In this document: piece after piece, positions 19,697 to 23,273 of the stretch
Numbering within the stretch: the stretch's first letter is position 1
Layout of the letters: the number at the start of each line of letters is the position of its first letter
Source of the DNA: Octopus sinensis
Taxonomy: Eukaryota
Direction of reading: 5' to 3'
Assembly: GCF_006345805.1 (NCBI RefSeq)
Contig: NW_021823927.1
Span: 1 to 23,273, forward strand
DNA length: 23,273 nucleotides
Made by a program: the position numbers and the translations under genes
Notes under the pieces: generated by a model
Told to the model about the DNA's origin: nothing
The model's input: only the letters and a program-made list of their open reading frames with translations
Databases searched by the model: none

Positions 19697-20630
19697 CGAT
19701 GATGAGGAAGACCGCATTGATGATGATGATGAGGAGGAGGAGGAGGAGGAGGAGGGAAAGGAAGCGTTAGAAGATGATGATGATGATTGAGTGTGGTGAT
19801 GTGATGGTGGTGGTGGTGATGATGGTCGTTGTGGTGGTGGTCATGGTGGTGATGATGATGGAGGGTGGAGGTTGGGGGTGATGATGATGATGATGGTGGT
19901 GGTTGTGGTGGTGATGGTGGTGGTAGTGGTGATGATGATAGAGATATTGGTTGTGGTGGTGGTGGAGGATGGAGGATGGAGGTTGGGGGTGATGATGATG
20001 GTGGTTGTGGTGGTGGTGGTGGTGATTGTGGTGGTGGTGGTTGTGGTGGTTGTAGTAGTGGTGGTGGTGGTAGTGGTGGTGGTGGTGGTTGTGGTGATGA
20101 TGATAGAGATATTGGTTTTGATGGTGGTGATGGTGGTAGTGATGATGATGGAAATAGTGGTTGTGGTGGTGGTCATTGTGGTGGTGGTGGTGTGGTGGTG
20201 GTGGGTGATGATGGAAATAGTGGTTGTGGTGGTGGTCATGGTGGTGGTGGTGGTGTGGTGGTGATGATGATGGAAATAGTGGTTGTGGTGGTGGTCGTGG
20301 TGGTGGTGGTGGTGATGGTGGTGGTGGTGATGATGGAAATAGTGGTTGTGGTGGTGGTCATTGTGGTGGTGGTGGTGGTGGTGGTGGTGGTGGTGATGAT
20401 GGAAATAGTGGTTGTGGTGGTGGTCATGGTGGTGGTGGTGGTGGTGGTGGTGATGATGATGGAAATAGTGGTTGTGGTGGTGGTCGTGGTGGTGGTGGTG
20501 GTGGTGGTGGTGGTGGTGATGATGGAAATAGTGGTTGTGGTGGTGGTCATGGTGGTGGTGGTGGTGGTGATGATGATGAAAATAGTGGTTGTGGTGGTGG
20601 TCATGGTGATGGCGATGGTAGTGGTTGTAA
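19697..20630 (+). repeat. (GAT)/(GGT) low-complexity array with a ~60-bp higher-order unit
   Basis: GATG(G/A)AAATAGTGGTTGTGGTGG recurs eight times between 20145 and 20600. Confidence 0.9.
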
Positions 20631-20739
20631 CGCTTATGGGAATGGGATGTTGTTGATAACGATAATAACCATTTTTGCGAATGCCGGTCTACTCTTTTCT
20701 CTACAATTTGCCCTTTTTTTCTTCTTCCACTCTAAACAG

Positions 20740-20877
20740 GGAGAGAAGAAGAACCCAGAGTTGAAGACTCACCACAGTTACATCGAAGAATTTTCCGATT
20801 TGGATTCCTCCGTCAGCATCTACTTCACCCTACCTGAGAAAGTTGGTGCCTTGGCCGAAGCTTTGGGAATATTCCAG
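20740..20877 (+). CDS. PAH: Internal exon encoding the N-terminal part of the ACT regulatory domain of phenylalanine-4-hydroxylase
   Basis: CAG|GGA..TTC CAG|GTAAGT; 46 codons GEKKNPELKTHHSYIEEFSDLDSSVSIYFTLPEKVGALAEALGIFQ. This resembles human PAH [34 protein letters not shown], and the exon ends at the equivalent codon in phase 0. TPH cannot be fully excluded from this fragment. Confidence 0.85.
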
Positions 20878-20915
20878 GTAAGTTCTCCTCAATTTCAATG
20901 AAACGAAAATACTGA

Positions 20916-20960
20916 CACTCCATGGGTTGCGACGACGTGGGTTAGATTTGATCCGATCAA
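20916..20960 (-). mobile_element. 3' end of a family C-related SINE, left piece split by the CR1 insertion
   Basis: CACTCC..GGTTGCGACGACG.GGGTT..TTGATCCGATCAA matches the start of 14905-15289. Confidence 0.7.
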
Positions 20961-22306
20961 AGACATACATCATCTCGAAAGAGTCCAGAAGCTGGCTACC
21001 CGCATGGTTTTCGGCCTCAAGTATTTGTCTTATGAAGAAAGGCTGAAGACGCTCGACCTTTATTCTCTAGAAAAACGACGACGCCGTGGTGATCTCATTC
21101 TTGCTCACAACATCATAAGCGGAAAGTGTAACCTCTCGAAAGAGCTGTTCTTCATTCCTGCTCCAGAGCGTCGGCTGCGGGGTCACTCCGAAAAGCTCTA
21201 TCTGCGACGATTTCATCTCAATCGAAGGAGAGGGTCTTTCTCTGTCCGGGTTGCGGATCCGTGGAATAAGCTGCCGGACGAGATGGTGAAGATGCTGACG
21301 ACCGCTCGGTTCAAAGTCTCTCTTGACCAGAAATGGCCTGAACTCTTTGCATGAACACCTTCCCCGTACATAACTCCCTGCCCCCCTACATGGCATCACA
21401 ACATCATAAGCGGAAAGTGTAACCTCTCGAAAGAGCTGTTCTTCACTTCTGCTCCAGAGCGTAGGCTGCGGGGTCATTCCGAAAAGCGCTATCTGCGACG
21501 ATTTCATCTCAATCGAAGGAGAGGGGCTTTCTCTGTCCGGGTTGCGGATCCGTGGAATAAGCTGCCGGACGAGATGGTGAAGATGCCGACGACCGCTCGG
21601 TTCAAAGTGTCTCTTGACCAGAAATGGCCTGAACTCTTTGCATGAACACCTTCCCCGTACGTAACTCCCTGTCCCCCTACATGGCCTCACAACATCATAA
21701 GCGGAAAGTGTAACCTCTCGAAAGAGCCGTTCTTCACTCCTGCTCCAGAGCGTAGGCTGCGGGGTCACTCCGAAAAGCGCTATCTGCGACGATTTCATCT
21801 CAATCGAAGGAGAGGGGCTTTCTCTGTCCGGGTTGCGGATCCGTGGAATAAGCTGCCGGACGAGATGGTGAAGATGCCGACGACCGCTCGGTTCAAAGTG
21901 TCTCTTGACCAGAAATGGCCTGAACTCTTTGCATGAACACCCTCCCTGTACATAACTCAATGTCCCCCTACATGGCCTCACAACATCATAAGCGGAAAGT
22001 GTAACCTCTCGAAAGAGCTGTTCTTCACTCCCTGCTCCAGAGCGTAGGCTGCGGGGTCACTCCGAAAAGCTCTATCTGCGACGATTTCATCTCAATCGAA
22101 GGAGAGGGGCTTTCTCTGTCCGGGTTGCGGGTCCGTGGAATAAGCTGCCGGACGAGATAGTGAAGATGCCGACGACCGCTCGGTTCAAAGTGTCTCTTGA
22201 CCAGAAATTGCCTGAACTCTTTGCATGAACACCCTCCCTGTACATAACTCAATGTCCCCCTACATGGACTTGCTTTTTTGCTTTTTGAGCCAAAAACTTA
22301 ACTTAA
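20956..22306 (+). mobile_element. 5'-truncated CR1-clade LINE (ORF2 C-terminus plus 3' UTR), last 291 bp in four tandem copies
   Basis: IKDIHHLERVQKLATRMVFGLKYLSYEERLKTLDLYSLEKRRRRGDL..RGHSEKL..FSVRVADPWNKLP..FKVSLD is the typical CR1 ORF2 C-terminus. Stop at 21352-21354; unit starts 21105, 21396, 21687 and 21978; (AACTT)n tail at 22295-22306. Confidence 0.9.
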
Positions 22307-22575
22307 CTGAACAGCCTGCTCGTGAAATTAACATGCAGTGGCCGAGTACTCCACAGACACGCGTACCCTTAATGTAGTTCTCGGGGACATTCAGCGTGAC
22401 ACAGAATGTGATTAAGGTTGATTCTTTGAAATACGGATTCTACTAATTTCTACCAGCTGAATGGACTGAGGCAACGTGAAATAAAGTGACTTGCTCAAGG
22501 GCTCAACGCGCCGCCGAGAATCGAACTCACGACCCCACGATCGTGAGCCGAATACCCTAACCACCAAGCCACGCG
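22307..22575 (-). mobile_element. Remainder of the split SINE: family C 3' module joined to a different tRNA-like head
   Basis: GAACAGCCTGCTCGTGAAATTAAC..CAGCGTGACACAGA matches family C; the minus-strand head CGCGTGGCTTGGTGGTTAGGG..GAGTTCGATTCTC differs from the 10891 head. Confidence 0.75.
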
Positions 22576-22592
22576 TTTTGGTTTTTCTTTTT

Positions 22593-22964
22593 TTTTACTT
22601 GTTTCAGTCATTTGACTGCGGCCATGCTGGAGCACCGCCTTTAGTCGAGCAAATCGAACCCCCGGGACTTATTCTTTTTTGTAAGCCCAGTACTTATTCT
22701 ATCGGTCTCTTTTGCCGAACCACTAAGTTACGGGGATGTAAACACACCAGCATCGGTTGTCAAGCGATATTGGGGGGACAAACACACACACATACATATA
22801 TACGACAGGCTTCTTTCAGTTTCCGTCAACCAAATCCACCCACAAGGCTTTGGTCGGCCCGAGGCTATAGCAGAAGACACTTGCCCAAGGTGCCACGCAG
22901 TGGGACTGAACCCGGAACCATGTGGTTGGTTAGCAAGCTACTTACCACACAGCCACTCCTGCGC
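22593..22964 (-). mobile_element. Family A SINE, full length
   Basis: Collinear with the other family A copies; short internal microsatellite. Confidence 0.85.
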
Positions 22965-22989
22965 CTATATTTATATATTTTCTCAGGGA

Positions 22990-23273
22990 CAGGGCTGTCA
23001 TAAGGCTTGGGCAAATTGGGTAGTTGTCGAGGACCCCACGACTTTAGAGCCCCAATTCTCATCTATGCATGCTTTGTCTTACTGTCAATTAATAAAAAGC
23101 GAAGGGCCCAGAACACTGATATCCCCGGGGTGGGATGGGAGCTCACGAGTCTAGGGGCCTAGTTCTGATCTTTGTATGCCGTGGCTTGTTGCCAATAATG
23201 AAATAAAATAGAGTCCAGGGCACTGATTTTCCCGGAGGCCTCACGAGTCTAGAACCCTGGGAGGTGACCCTCG
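22990..23273. mobile_element. Possible start of a non-autonomous DNA element, cut by the window edge
   Basis: Begins CAGGGCTGTCATAAGG; imperfect internal repeat (CACTGAT..CCCGG..CTCACGAGTCTAG twice). The other end is not visible. Confidence 0.3.

Larger units (their letters stand above)
366..20739 (+). other. PAH: Inferred ~20.4 kb intron (GT..AG, phase 0)
   Basis: GTAAGT donor at 366; pyrimidine tract plus CAG at 20711-20739; no other recognisable host coding exon between them. Confidence 0.6.

Noticed and set aside
20224-20739. Gly-rich N-terminal extension of PAH
   Set aside because: Low-complexity array; a strong acceptor at 20739 and a phase-compatible upstream exon explain the gene better.
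21067-21981. 304-aa antisense ORF with 97-aa repeats
   Set aside because: One stop-free antisense frame of the CR1 end multiplied by the 291-bp tandem repeat; no independent coding evidence.
9518-22268. Several tandem periods divisible by three (81, 249, 291, 1833)
   Set aside because: The units contain stops or frameshifting indels and derive from TEs; treated as coincidence.

Overview
Eukaryotic, AT-rich, repeat-dense DNA, most likely from an octopus or other coleoid cephalopod (inferred from the tRNA-derived SINE families and microsatellite density). The window holds the 5' end of an aromatic amino acid hydroxylase gene on the + strand, best matching phenylalanine-4-hydroxylase (PAH/Henna). 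It comprises a short start-codon exon (333-365, MDVWTEYSNTN), a ~20.4 kb phase-0 intron and a 138-nt exon encoding the start of the ACT domain (20740-20877). Almost everything else is intronic repeat: three SINE families, a TIR element, a CR1 LINE 3' end nested in a SINE, microsatellites and several local tandem amplifications (81, ~183, 249, 291 and 1833 bp periods). Nearly all long ORFs in the track are artefacts of these repeats. The best hidden signal is a type I hammerhead ribozyme candidate with an intact catalytic core on the - strand (2542-2640), next to sense-strand repeats carrying a variant hammerhead-like core. Also notable is an old ~350-bp inverted duplication with two highly conserved blocks. 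All alignments and folds were done by eye; family names and activities need computational or experimental confirmation.
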